Source: Andalucia godoyi And28 (lineage: Eukaryota; Protista; Jakobida). From it: 64,000 nt of DNA. This document shows, piece by piece, positions 32,869 through 41,501 of the stretch. The notes under the pieces were generated by a model, which saw nothing but the letters and a program-made list of their open reading frames with translations, did not search any database and was not told the origin of the DNA. The stretch lies in the NCBI GenBank assembly GCA_009859145.1, contig VRVR01000015.1, forward strand, positions 327,894 through 391,893, written 5' to 3'. The position numbers were made by a program, and so were the translations under genes. Numbering within the stretch: position 1 is the stretch's first letter; the number at the start of each line of letters is the position of its first letter.

Positions 32869-33149
32869 CAGCGGAAAATGCTTTTCGCGCTTTCAACGAA
32901 TTCGAATGGCTGAACGGGGCGTCATGTACAGGGCAGAAAACGTAAATTTTAGGGTTACGCTACAACGACAGCATGATGAAAACCAACATGTTTTAGATGT
33001 ACATCCCAAGTTTTTTAAAACCAGACGAAAATTGCATTTACTCTTCTATGAAATTGATGATGATGACGACGACAGCAGCGCAGAGATAAACAAGAAACAG
33101 TCCGAGACAAGCAATACCAGGAACATCCCAGAGAAATGCGCGTCACGGA

Positions 33150-34742
33150 CTATGCGCGGAACTTGATTGGACTTTGTGAAACCCAGGCAGACTGGTACTT
33201 GGCGGTCATGATCGGTTCGGTCAGCCGCAGAACTTTATCCAGGGACGCGGAGATGTCCTGTACCGACGAATCGGAGGGGTTGGTCTTTTTCAAAACTTCA
33301 TCATAGGCCAAGCGAACGGCGTACACCAGATGCTCGACCACATCTCGTATCTCTTCCTGTTTCGCATTTTCCTCCTGTGTAATCAATCCGTCTTGTGCAC
33401 GGCGCGTTGAAAATGGAAGATCAAGTTCTTCTACGCACAATATTGACAATAGCAAGTCGCGATCCCGGCAGAGCACACCCAAACCACTAATTACCAAATT
33501 CCTCTCGCAAATCGACAAGTTTGCAGACGCAATCGTCTTTGCGTAGACAACATTCAGAAATGTCCGGAGTTCTGGAATCAAATGTTCGCGGAAATTGGAT
33601 GCTATTGCCAACAGAATCTGCAAGCAGAGCGTTGTCAACACGGGAACACGGCGTACCAATGCGAGATTGTTTAACACTGCTGGAGCAAGGTAGATCTTGA
33701 TTTCTTCAGCAAACTGGGCTTTGAAGTGCGAAAAGAAGTTGGAACACTTGTCCAGCAAATGTTCAAGAATGGACAAGGCAAGCACTCGCGATCGCATTGC
33801 AGAACACGACGGATCTACAAGATCTTGGTCGCTGACGGCCGTCACAGCGAGCCCGCAGAACGAGCGGAACAGTCTGAGAACGTCCTTGTACGGCGTTGGG
33901 GCCGCAGCGAATGAGCTGAAAGATGCCGAAGAAGACACTTTCGAAGTATTGGCGTCCATCGCTCCTTTTGCAGGAGTGGAGTATGCAGATGAAGATGTAG
34001 ACACCTCATCAGCTGAAGACTGGGTCGAGACATGCTCCGTCGCAACCTTTGAACTTGCATGGATGATGACGTTCAGCAGGGCACCAAATGCCGCAGAGGA
34101 CACTTCCGTATCTGCAGAAAACACCTGGATGTTGAACAAGCAGCGAACGATAAGCACCAAATCCGAGCCGCGCACTGTGATATATGGCGATGCAGTGGCG
34201 GCAGCGCAAGCCTTGATAATATGCAAGTGTGCTGCAGCAACCATGTCCTGCATCTTCAGGACCGATCGCTGCTGCAGAGTAAAGAAGCTGATGATTGTCT
34301 GGATGAATTCCGATTCCGTCATCACTGTGGAATTCCGATCAAAGTACCCAAACGAAACCATGCTAGACAGCAGATCAAGCAAGTGCGGACAGACGGTCAC
34401 GTCGACAATCCCCGAAAAATGCCGCGGTGTCGCAGACGGCAGTTTGGAAGGAGACGATGCCGCCGATGACGATGTTAGTGACCCCAATGACCCCGATGAC
34501 GGCAGCTGCGGTTCGTTCGCGACTGGCAATGCAGGACGAATGGCAGCAAGCAACCGGTCTCCGATTCCCAGAGGCGTCTCTCCAGACTGAAACCGATGCA
34601 GAGCATTGAGTCCATTCTGAAGCGCTTGTAAGTACTCCTGCGGAATTGAGTGTTTTGCTTTCGTGGCCGCTTGCACTGCTGCAGACAATGGCGAAACCAG
34701 CAATCTCTCCACGGTCCGAAAATCCAATTTGAAATCACTCAT
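33150..34742 (-). CDS. BIG/GBF/Mon2-type DCB-HUS domain protein lacking a Sec7 domain (530 aa)
   Basis: First ATG at 34742; DVLRLFRSFCGL, MRSRVLALSILEHLL, IKIYLAPAVLNNL, FREHLIPELRTF and LCRDRDLLLSIL follow the HUS-region pattern of large ArfGEFs; stop follows ~90 aa later. Confidence 0.7.
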   Translation of the reverse strand: MSDFKLDFRTVERLLVSPLSAAVQAATKAKHSIPQEYLQALQNGLNALHRFQSGETPLGIGDRLLAAIRPALPVANEPQLPSSGSLGSLTSSSAASSPSKLPSATPRHFSGIVDVTVCPHLLDLLSSMVSFGYFDRNSTVMTESEFIQTIISFFTLQQRSVLKMQDMVAAAHLHIIKACAAATASPYITVRGSDLVLIVRCLFNIQVFSADTEVSSAAFGALLNVIIHASSKVATEHVSTQSSADEVSTSSSAYSTPAKGAMDANTSKVSSSASFSSFAAAPTPYKDVLRLFRSFCGLAVTAVSDQDLVDPSCSAMRSRVLALSILEHLLDKCSNFFSHFKAQFAEEIKIYLAPAVLNNLALVRRVPVLTTLCLQILLAIASNFREHLIPELRTFLNVVYAKTIASANLSICERNLVISGLGVLCRDRDLLLSILCVEELDLPFSTRRAQDGLITQEENAKQEEIRDVVEHLVYAVRLAYDEVLKKTNPSDSSVQDISASLDKVLRLTEPIMTAKYQSAWVSQSPIKFRA

Positions 34743-35506
34743 GCAGTCGAGGGGGAAATTGAGATATAATAATACAAAATGTACAACAAACGACGATGAA
34801 GCAGAAAAAGAAGAGACTGACAGAAAGACGCTCACTCCCGCAAAATGCAAACTCAAACGCAAGAAAAGCAGCCAGAAGAGGAATGAGAACGACAATTGGA
34901 GAACAATGGTTGTCGAGCAATCATGAATCGGGAAAGCAAACGAAAGATCTTGAAAGGCAAATCTTGGAAAGTGACAGAGTACAGCCGGCAGAAAGAGAGA
35001 GAAAGCGTCCTTTAGTTTGCCGCAGCCAGCAGGACGACTTTAGAATCTTTTTTGATCACCGACATGCAGTGTGAGGGGTGCATTTTACATCGTTAGGCAT
35101 CATTTGTGCAGGTAGTGAGAGAGCGAGGTGTGCTTATAAGTGTGCATCTCTCTCTCGCTTACGCAGAAGGTCTAATTAATGCACAGCAGAAGAAAAAAAA
35201 GTGGCATTTTCAATTGGGCGGTTTTTGAGTGGCTTTTAATTAATGTTCGAATCTGAATACGATCCGGACGTTTCGCATCACATTCTGAAGCTCTGGTCCG
35301 TGTCCAAAGCCCGAGCTCGTCTTTTTTCCGTCGTCTGGAGGCAGGAGACTCTCTCTTACCAGCAGCTCTTGCCTCTTCAGGTGTCGACTGTTTCACCAGC
35401 TGTAGACTGCGAAGTGTTTGTTGCGAATCCCCGCTGCAGATGGAGGAGCGAAAAGACTCTTCTACTGTGCGTTTGCTTTGCTTTATGAGAAACTGTCTCG
35501 CCCGCG

Positions 35507-35508
<2 letters not shown>

Positions 35509-35537
<29 letters not shown>
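35509..35537 (+). repeat. (CA)14 microsatellite
   Basis: Direct tandem repeat. Confidence 0.9.
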
Positions 35538-35541
<4 letters not shown>

Positions 35542-35576
35542 TTACGGACGCTCTCATACAATATCGCTCTCACGGA

Positions 35577-36332
35577 ATGTCATCGTTGGAATATTGCCGG
35601 TCGTCGATCCAGCGAGTATCGGAGCTGCTTCCAGTGTTGCGTCCACTTGTGCTTCCAAAGGGGTTCTCAATCACTGAGCTCGATAATCTTGCTTCGGCAC
35701 ACATTCAGCTTGCCGTCCGTTCGAAGCATGCGAATGGCGACGTGTCGTGTGCTAAATGCGGCTGCGTTGGGCTGCTAGATGCAACGAGTCACCATGCAGA
35801 TTCAAAAATCAAGTACAGAATACTCGCGGAAGTCGATGCGCAGACGCTGGGAACTTCGGCTCCCGCGATCCGAATTTCTGGGATCGAACCGATCTGCAAC
35901 ACTTGCTTTCCACTGCTGGATGTCACTTACATCCTCGAGCACATGCACGATGAGAATGCGCCTGGCATGGTGGCGCATTTGCAAGCAGTGAATGGCAAGC
36001 TGGGAGAAAAGCAACAGCGCGCAAAACTTTCGGATTTATTGGAGATTCAGGAAACTGTGAATCGGATCGCCGGGCTGTGGGTGCTCACCTCGCAGATCCC
36101 CTCAAAGAGCTGGGCTTTGTCACGTGCCGGATCGCATGCAGTGGTCGCGGAAATCAATGAAGAAACCGTCCAAGCGCTCGTGCAAGAGTGTCTTGCGAGC
36201 AGGAAGAAAACATCCAAGTCGCTGAAGGAAAAGACAGTTTCGACTGATTCGAGGAAGAAGAAGAGCCTTCAGAAAGGCGGATTGCCCGAGAATGCTGCGC
36301 CACCACGACCAAGCAAAAAGCCTCGACAATAA
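35577..36332 (+). CDS. hypothetical Cys4 zinc-binding protein, degenerate HNH-like (251 aa)
   Basis: First ATG at 35577; two CxxC pairs (CAKC 35748-35759, CNTC 35895-35906), HLQAVNG, Lys-rich NLS-like tail. Confidence 0.65.
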   Translation: MSSLEYCRSSIQRVSELLPVLRPLVLPKGFSITELDNLASAHIQLAVRSKHANGDVSCAKCGCVGLLDATSHHADSKIKYRILAEVDAQTLGTSAPAIRISGIEPICNTCFPLLDVTYILEHMHDENAPGMVAHLQAVNGKLGEKQQRAKLSDLLEIQETVNRIAGLWVLTSQIPSKSWALSRAGSHAVVAEINEETVQALVQECLASRKKTSKSLKEKTVSTDSRKKKSLQKGGLPENAAPPRPSKKPRQ

Positions 36333-36346
36333 ACAAAGCCAAGACA

Positions 36347-36937
36347 TCAAGGATAAGGAGATCGGTCTTCGAGCGCCAGAGACTGGGCCGGAGACGGCGC
36401 ATACTCAAAAACAGAGGCAGTATCCACCATCGTCGTCTTCTCAGACGCTTCTCCGTTCTCAACCCTCACAACTGATCTTGATCTTGGATCTGCGCGGAAC
36501 GCCGCCGGGGGATCAATAAGCACAGTCGATGAGTGGCGGTGTCGAAGCAGCACGGAAGACACCAGAGTCAGGTACTGAGACGGCACGAGGAACACTTGGT
36601 ACAGATATCCAGATGACCCTGAGGACGGTCCCGAGGAGGAGGACGGGTGGTGGTCGCTGGAAAGCGGAACAGCAGATCGCAGCGCGTCAACAGAGAGCGA
36701 GTTGGCCGGTCTTGTCAAGCTCTGTACCACAAGTCCCGAAAACGCGGTTTGTCGATCCGACGGCAACGACTGCGGATTTGATAACTGCTGATCGGCAACC
36801 AGTGCAGCGAGAATACGGTCGGGGTGCACGTTGCTGGTGTTTGCATGTACCGTTTGGACATGCGACGCTTCCAGAATCGTCACAACATGCACTTCTGGCC
36901 CACCAGACTTTCTTTTGGACCGTGAAAACCAACCCAT
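36347..36937 (-). CDS. hypothetical protein (196 aa)
   Basis: ATG in purine-rich context; begins MGWFSRSKRK (Gly2 plus basic cluster); occupies otherwise empty space between two genes. Confidence 0.55.
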   Translation of the reverse strand: MGWFSRSKRKSGGPEVHVVTILEASHVQTVHANTSNVHPDRILAALVADQQLSNPQSLPSDRQTAFSGLVVQSLTRPANSLSVDALRSAVPLSSDHHPSSSSGPSSGSSGYLYQVFLVPSQYLTLVSSVLLRHRHSSTVLIDPPAAFRADPRSRSVVRVENGEASEKTTMVDTASVFEYAPSPAQSLALEDRSPYP

Positions 36938-37280
36938 TCTTTTTTATTTAATTTTCACATGTGTCCCCTCCTTGATTATGAGGAGTGATTATTTGACGGC
37001 TCCGTCTGTTTGGCCCATTGCGGGATACACGACACAGCCTTCAGAAGCTCGGCGTCGCCCACGATTCACGAAGAGATCATCATCAATTGATGCATCACCA
37101 TCCCCTCCCAACCAAGTGCGAAAAGACGAACCAGCCTGAACTCGATATCGCATATTGCTTCCTCTCGATTCATATTTGTTGTTGTTGTTGTTGTTGTTGT
37201 TGCCTTCTTCTCTTTTTCCTCTTGAGATTGCTTGCTTGTCTGCGTGACTGTCTGTCTGTTTGAGGAAATCCGCGACCTGA

Positions 37281-40200
37281 ATGTCTTCGCTAATCTCGTT
37301 TGTTCTCGGAAACAAGAATCTTTCGCTAGACGATGTTGTTTCCATTGCATTTGCAACGGAATGCCGCGTGATCATTGATCCTGCAGCTCTTGAAAAGGTC
37401 CGCAAATCGCACGTCATTGCAGCTCCTTCTGCTGATTTTGCCTCGTTTTCACAGCTCGGAACGCTGCTTTCGCAAGCCACATCGGTCGCATTGAACGAGC
37501 ACAAGGCTCCTGAACCCTGGCAACTGGAGTCCTCTGCGGCGTACTGTGAAATGAAGGATGCGGATTCCAGCTCGAAGCGCCGATACATGTCAAGAGAGTT
37601 TGTCCGTGCAGTTATGATTGCGCGGCTGCATGCTGTGCTCCGAGGAACATGCGCGGTGTCCGTAGACACCGTCCGATTGACGGCAGGACTCCTTTCATCG
37701 AATATCACTCCTTGTGTTCCATATCTGCCGATGGAGAGCGACAGTGCGCCGCTCTTCTACATTGCAGGCGCGCTATGCGGAAAGGGGCTGTGCATCAACC
37801 AAGCTGGAGAAGTGGTGTCTTCCGATCGAGCGATCGCTTCGATTAACATGCAACCATTGCCACATATGACGCAGGCTGAGTACGACACATTTGTCGCGGC
37901 CGGGGCGATTTATGCATCGACGTCACTAGCCGCTGTTGCTGTCCACGAAGCGACTACTGTCGCACTCACGTACGATGCAGTCGCTTCCTTGCAGTGCGAG
38001 GCTGTACGTGCTCCCTTGGCCCCCTTGGATGCTTCTCTGTACGAGCACTTGCGGACATCCAAATGGCAGTCTGTCGCTGCTGAGAACATGAGGCTCATGA
38101 TTGATGGATCACATCTCGTCACCGCCGCCCCCTCCTCCGCATCCGCCGCATCCTCCGCGTCTTCTTCCTCCACATCCTCAGGCTCAGGCTCAGGCTCAGG
38201 TTCAGGTTCAGGTTCAGGTTCAGGTTCAGGTTCAGGTTCAGGTTCAGGTTCAGGCTCAGGTTCAGGTTCAGGCTCCGGATTGGGGTCTGCAAGCACCGGA
38301 TCATCGGTGTCCACGGCAGCGGCAGGCTCTGCTTCCTCGGTTCCTTCTGCCTCGGCGATCCCATCCAAGGTCTCGTCTGCATCGAACACACCTGTCTTGG
38401 TTGCGCAGGCTCCCCAGTTTTCTGGAATTCTTCGCTCGCAGATCAATGCCGCCGAGCGAGTACTTGGCGAGGAGTTGAATGCGTCGGAATTCGGCTCCTT
38501 CCAAGACACCCTGGATCATGCACAAGTCTTCCCGCATGCAGAAACCGTCGTGTTGGCGTGCGTTCATCTCATGCAGGCCGTGCAAGCTGCGGCTGTGTCT
38601 TCTGGTGGTCGCGTTTTGTCTGCATTGTCGTTCGACAAGAATGCAAACGCAAGTTCCGGCGTGGCGGCCAACAGCGCGGAGTACGACGAATTGTCTCGAT
38701 CTGTGCGGAGTATTCTGGATCGCATCAACCATCTGATACAAGAAAGTACCTATCGATCCGCCGAGCTGGAGTCTGTTGTTCGGTGCCGCGAGTTGCAAAA
38801 GAAGGGGCTCAGGAAGGCTGAAGAGTCGGACGCAGTTGCCGCAGACAACGCTGCAGATTCGTCTAGTGCCGACAAACCTTGCCAATGGTCTGATCACCAA
38901 CTTATTGAACGAGGATTGTTTTCGGCGCTGGCGCTTCACAACATTGTCGAGCTCACGCAGTGGATTTTGGCAGCGGAATGCACGGTTGCATCCATAATGC
39001 TGTACCGTGTCGAATGCAAAGAAGTAGGAGAACAAAGAGCCAAGGCAGCGTTGAAAGCTGCACGGTCTGCGCAAGCACAGGCTGCAATGTCTCCAGAGGC
39101 GCTGTTGGCAGCGAAGTCAAAAGGCGCAAAGAAGAAGAAAGGCGGAAAGGGCGAAGGAGTCAAGGGAATCGTTCTTGGAAAGGGTACTCGTCTCTTTCGA
39201 TCCTATGTAACAAGATCCTTGGTTGGCCTTCCTGTCCAGGCAACGTTCAAAGAGCCTCTTGTCGTCGAAGAGAGTGAGCAGCAGGCAGACGGAGATGACG
39301 CTGCCCAAAACACGGATGCATTGTTTGATTATCCTTTACTGACTGACAAGACATTGGGACAGCTCACCAACGTTGTCTACGGAGTGATCGCACCGTTATC
39401 CACATTGTTCCGACGTGCCGTTTTATCTATTTATGAGCTGCTGTTCTCCGAGACGTCAAAGCGTCGAAAGCCGCGAATCCCGAAAGGAACTCGTGATTTC
39501 CATCCCCAGCAGATGGCAATTCGAGAAAAGGTGTTTGACACCATCACAACGGTGTTTAAGCGTCACGGTGCCGTGACAATTGATACGCCGGTTTTTGAAC
39601 TGAAGGAAACGTTGACTGCCAAGTACGGCGAGGACTCGAAGCTGATCTATGATCTTGCAGACCAAGGCGGCGAGTTCCTTGCTCTTCGCTACGACTTGAC
39701 AGTGCCATTCGCCCGCTATGTTGCCATGAACAGCATTTCCAGTATCAAGCGATATCAAATCGCTCGAGTATATCGTCGCGATCAACCAGTGATGACCCGC
39801 GGTCGCTATCGCGAGTTTTATCAGTGCGATCTTGACATTTGTGGTGCGAATCTGCCCCGGATGGTTCCCGATGCAGAGGTTCTTCGTGTCTTGGTAGAAA
39901 TTCTCGATGGACTGAAGATTGGCTCCTATGTCGTGAAGATTAACCATCGCAAACTGCTGGATGGCATCCTCGAGCGATCTGGCGTGCCCTTGCCGAAAAT
40001 TCGCGCCATTTGCTCGGCAATTGACAAACTGGATAAGGAACCGTGGGACGCAGTGAAGCGCGAGATGTGCGATGAAAAGGGTCTGGATGAGCGAGTGGCG
40101 GACCGCATTGGAGAGTTTGTCCTCGCAAAGGGCTCAATGCGCGACCTGTTGAATGCATTCCAAAACGCGACTCCTTCTGCAAGCATCTCTGAGGAAAAGG

Positions 40201-40961
40201 CTGCGTTGCTGCGCGATCTTTACAAGGAGAATGCGGCCACGAGAGTGGCTGTCGAGGACATGACATTGTTGACGGGATACATGGAGGCGATGCGAATAAC
40301 GCCTCGTTTCGAGTTTGATCTGTCGTTGGCTCGCGGATTGGATTACTACACGGGTGTGATTTACGAGGCCGTCTTTATCAATACTCCATCTGAGGTCGCG
40401 GTGTCTCGTGCGCAGCAGGCTCAGTCGCCTGCTGATTCGTCTGCTGGAAAGGACGATGCTGGCAACACGGACGAGAGTGCCGTGGGATCCGGTGTGGTCT
40501 CGGTGGGTTCGATTGCCGCCGGGGGACGCTACGACGAACTCATCGGCATGTTTTCTCCTCAAGGAAAAACCATTCCTGCGGTGGGGGTGTCCATTGGAGT
40601 GGAGCGGGTGTTCACAATCATGATGGCTCTGGAAGAAGCCAAGTCGCGCGAACAGAGGATTCGAACCACCGACACCCAGGTTCTTGTGTGTGCTGTTGGT
40701 GGCTCGTTCACAGAAGAGCGATTCCGTGTTTGCGGTGAGCTTTGGGATGCTGGTATTCCCGCAGAAATGCTCTATGTTGACAAGCCCAATATGAAGCGCC
40801 AAATTGAGTATTCCCTTGACCAGCAGATCCCCGTCATGGTCGTCTTTGGAGAAGACGAGCTGACGAACAACGTCATCAACGTCAAGAATGTGAACCTGAA
40901 GACGGAGCACACCGTTCCGCGCTCCGAAATGATCTCTGCGATTCGACAGATTCTTCTTTAA
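37281..40961 (+). CDS. HARS1: cytosolic histidyl-tRNA synthetase with N-terminal histidine-ammonia-lyase-like domain (1226 aa)
   Basis: C-terminal part has PKGTRDF, IDTPVFE, KYGEDSKLIYDL, LRYDLTVPFARY, GRYREFYQCDLD, LARGLDYYTG, GGRYD, SIGVER. N-terminal ~560 aa has a lyase-like pattern (LSLDDVVSIA, EFVRAVMIARL, NITPCVP). Confidence 0.96.
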   Translation: MSSLISFVLGNKNLSLDDVVSIAFATECRVIIDPAALEKVRKSHVIAAPSADFASFSQLGTLLSQATSVALNEHKAPEPWQLESSAAYCEMKDADSSSKRRYMSREFVRAVMIARLHAVLRGTCAVSVDTVRLTAGLLSSNITPCVPYLPMESDSAPLFYIAGALCGKGLCINQAGEVVSSDRAIASINMQPLPHMTQAEYDTFVAAGAIYASTSLAAVAVHEATTVALTYDAVASLQCEAVRAPLAPLDASLYEHLRTSKWQSVAAENMRLMIDGSHLVTAAPSSASAASSASSSSTSSGSGSGSGSGSGSGSGSGSGSGSGSGSGSGSGSGLGSASTGSSVSTAAAGSASSVPSASAIPSKVSSASNTPVLVAQAPQFSGILRSQINAAERVLGEELNASEFGSFQDTLDHAQVFPHAETVVLACVHLMQAVQAAAVSSGGRVLSALSFDKNANASSGVAANSAEYDELSRSVRSILDRINHLIQESTYRSAELESVVRCRELQKKGLRKAEESDAVAADNAADSSSADKPCQWSDHQLIERGLFSALALHNIVELTQWILAAECTVASIMLYRVECKEVGEQRAKAALKAARSAQAQAAMSPEALLAAKSKGAKKKKGGKGEGVKGIVLGKGTRLFRSYVTRSLVGLPVQATFKEPLVVEESEQQADGDDAAQNTDALFDYPLLTDKTLGQLTNVVYGVIAPLSTLFRRAVLSIYELLFSETSKRRKPRIPKGTRDFHPQQMAIREKVFDTITTVFKRHGAVTIDTPVFELKETLTAKYGEDSKLIYDLADQGGEFLALRYDLTVPFARYVAMNSISSIKRYQIARVYRRDQPVMTRGRYREFYQCDLDICGANLPRMVPDAEVLRVLVEILDGLKIGSYVVKINHRKLLDGILERSGVPLPKIRAICSAIDKLDKEPWDAVKREMCDEKGLDERVADRIGEFVLAKGSMRDLLNAFQNATPSASISEEKAALLRDLYKENAATRVAVEDMTLLTGYMEAMRITPRFEFDLSLARGLDYYTGVIYEAVFINTPSEVAVSRAQQAQSPADSSAGKDDAGNTDESAVGSGVVSVGSIAAGGRYDELIGMFSPQGKTIPAVGVSIGVERVFTIMMALEEAKSREQRIRTTDTQVLVCAVGGSFTEERFRVCGELWDAGIPAEMLYVDKPNMKRQIEYSLDQQIPVMVVFGEDELTNNVINVKNVNLKTEHTVPRSEMISAIRQILL
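38178..38279 (+). repeat. (TCAGGY)n hexamer array encoding (Ser-Gly)17
   Basis: 17 tandem 6-bp units, in frame within the HisRS ORF. Confidence 0.92.
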
Positions 40962-41117
40962 CGCAGGTTTCTTCCTGTTTTAGTAGTAGTTTTCGTCATT
41001 ATCGTTGTGGTCACACAGTATTCGACCTCCCGCACACCGGGCTCGTGCATTTGAAAGAAACAAAGCAAGTGAAAGCGACAGGTCTGCTTGGGGTGGGGCC
41101 ATAGTCGCAGCTCAATT

Positions 41118-41118
41118 A

Positions 41119-41149
<31 letters not shown>

Positions 41150-41269
41150 CCTCCCTCCGATTCAAATCCAAATCCAAATCCGATACAAACCCGACCTGAC
41201 CCGATTTGACTGTGATCCCGACGTTCTGCACGTTTCTTCTTCTTCTTCTTCTTCTTCTTCTTCTTCTTC
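41118..41269 (+). repeat. A23 homopolymer (41118-41140) and (TTC)12 (41234-41269) in intergenic spacer
   Basis: Read directly from the sequence. Confidence 0.9.
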
Positions 41270-41501
41270 TCGCTCTTCACTTTTGGTTTTTTCATTTTTT
41301 CATTTACTCCTCTGCTGTGTCCCATGATTATTCTGCAGTCAGTTCGAGGACGCATCATCAGGTGTACAAGAAAGCTACCTGGGAATAACGTGCTGTCCAC
41401 GTGACGAAATTGTAGTAGTAGTAGTTGTTGTTTCCCTCCTCCCCGATCCCCCCTTTTTGTTTTGTTTGTCTTCTTCTTGTTCTTATTCGAATGGTTTGCA
41501 G

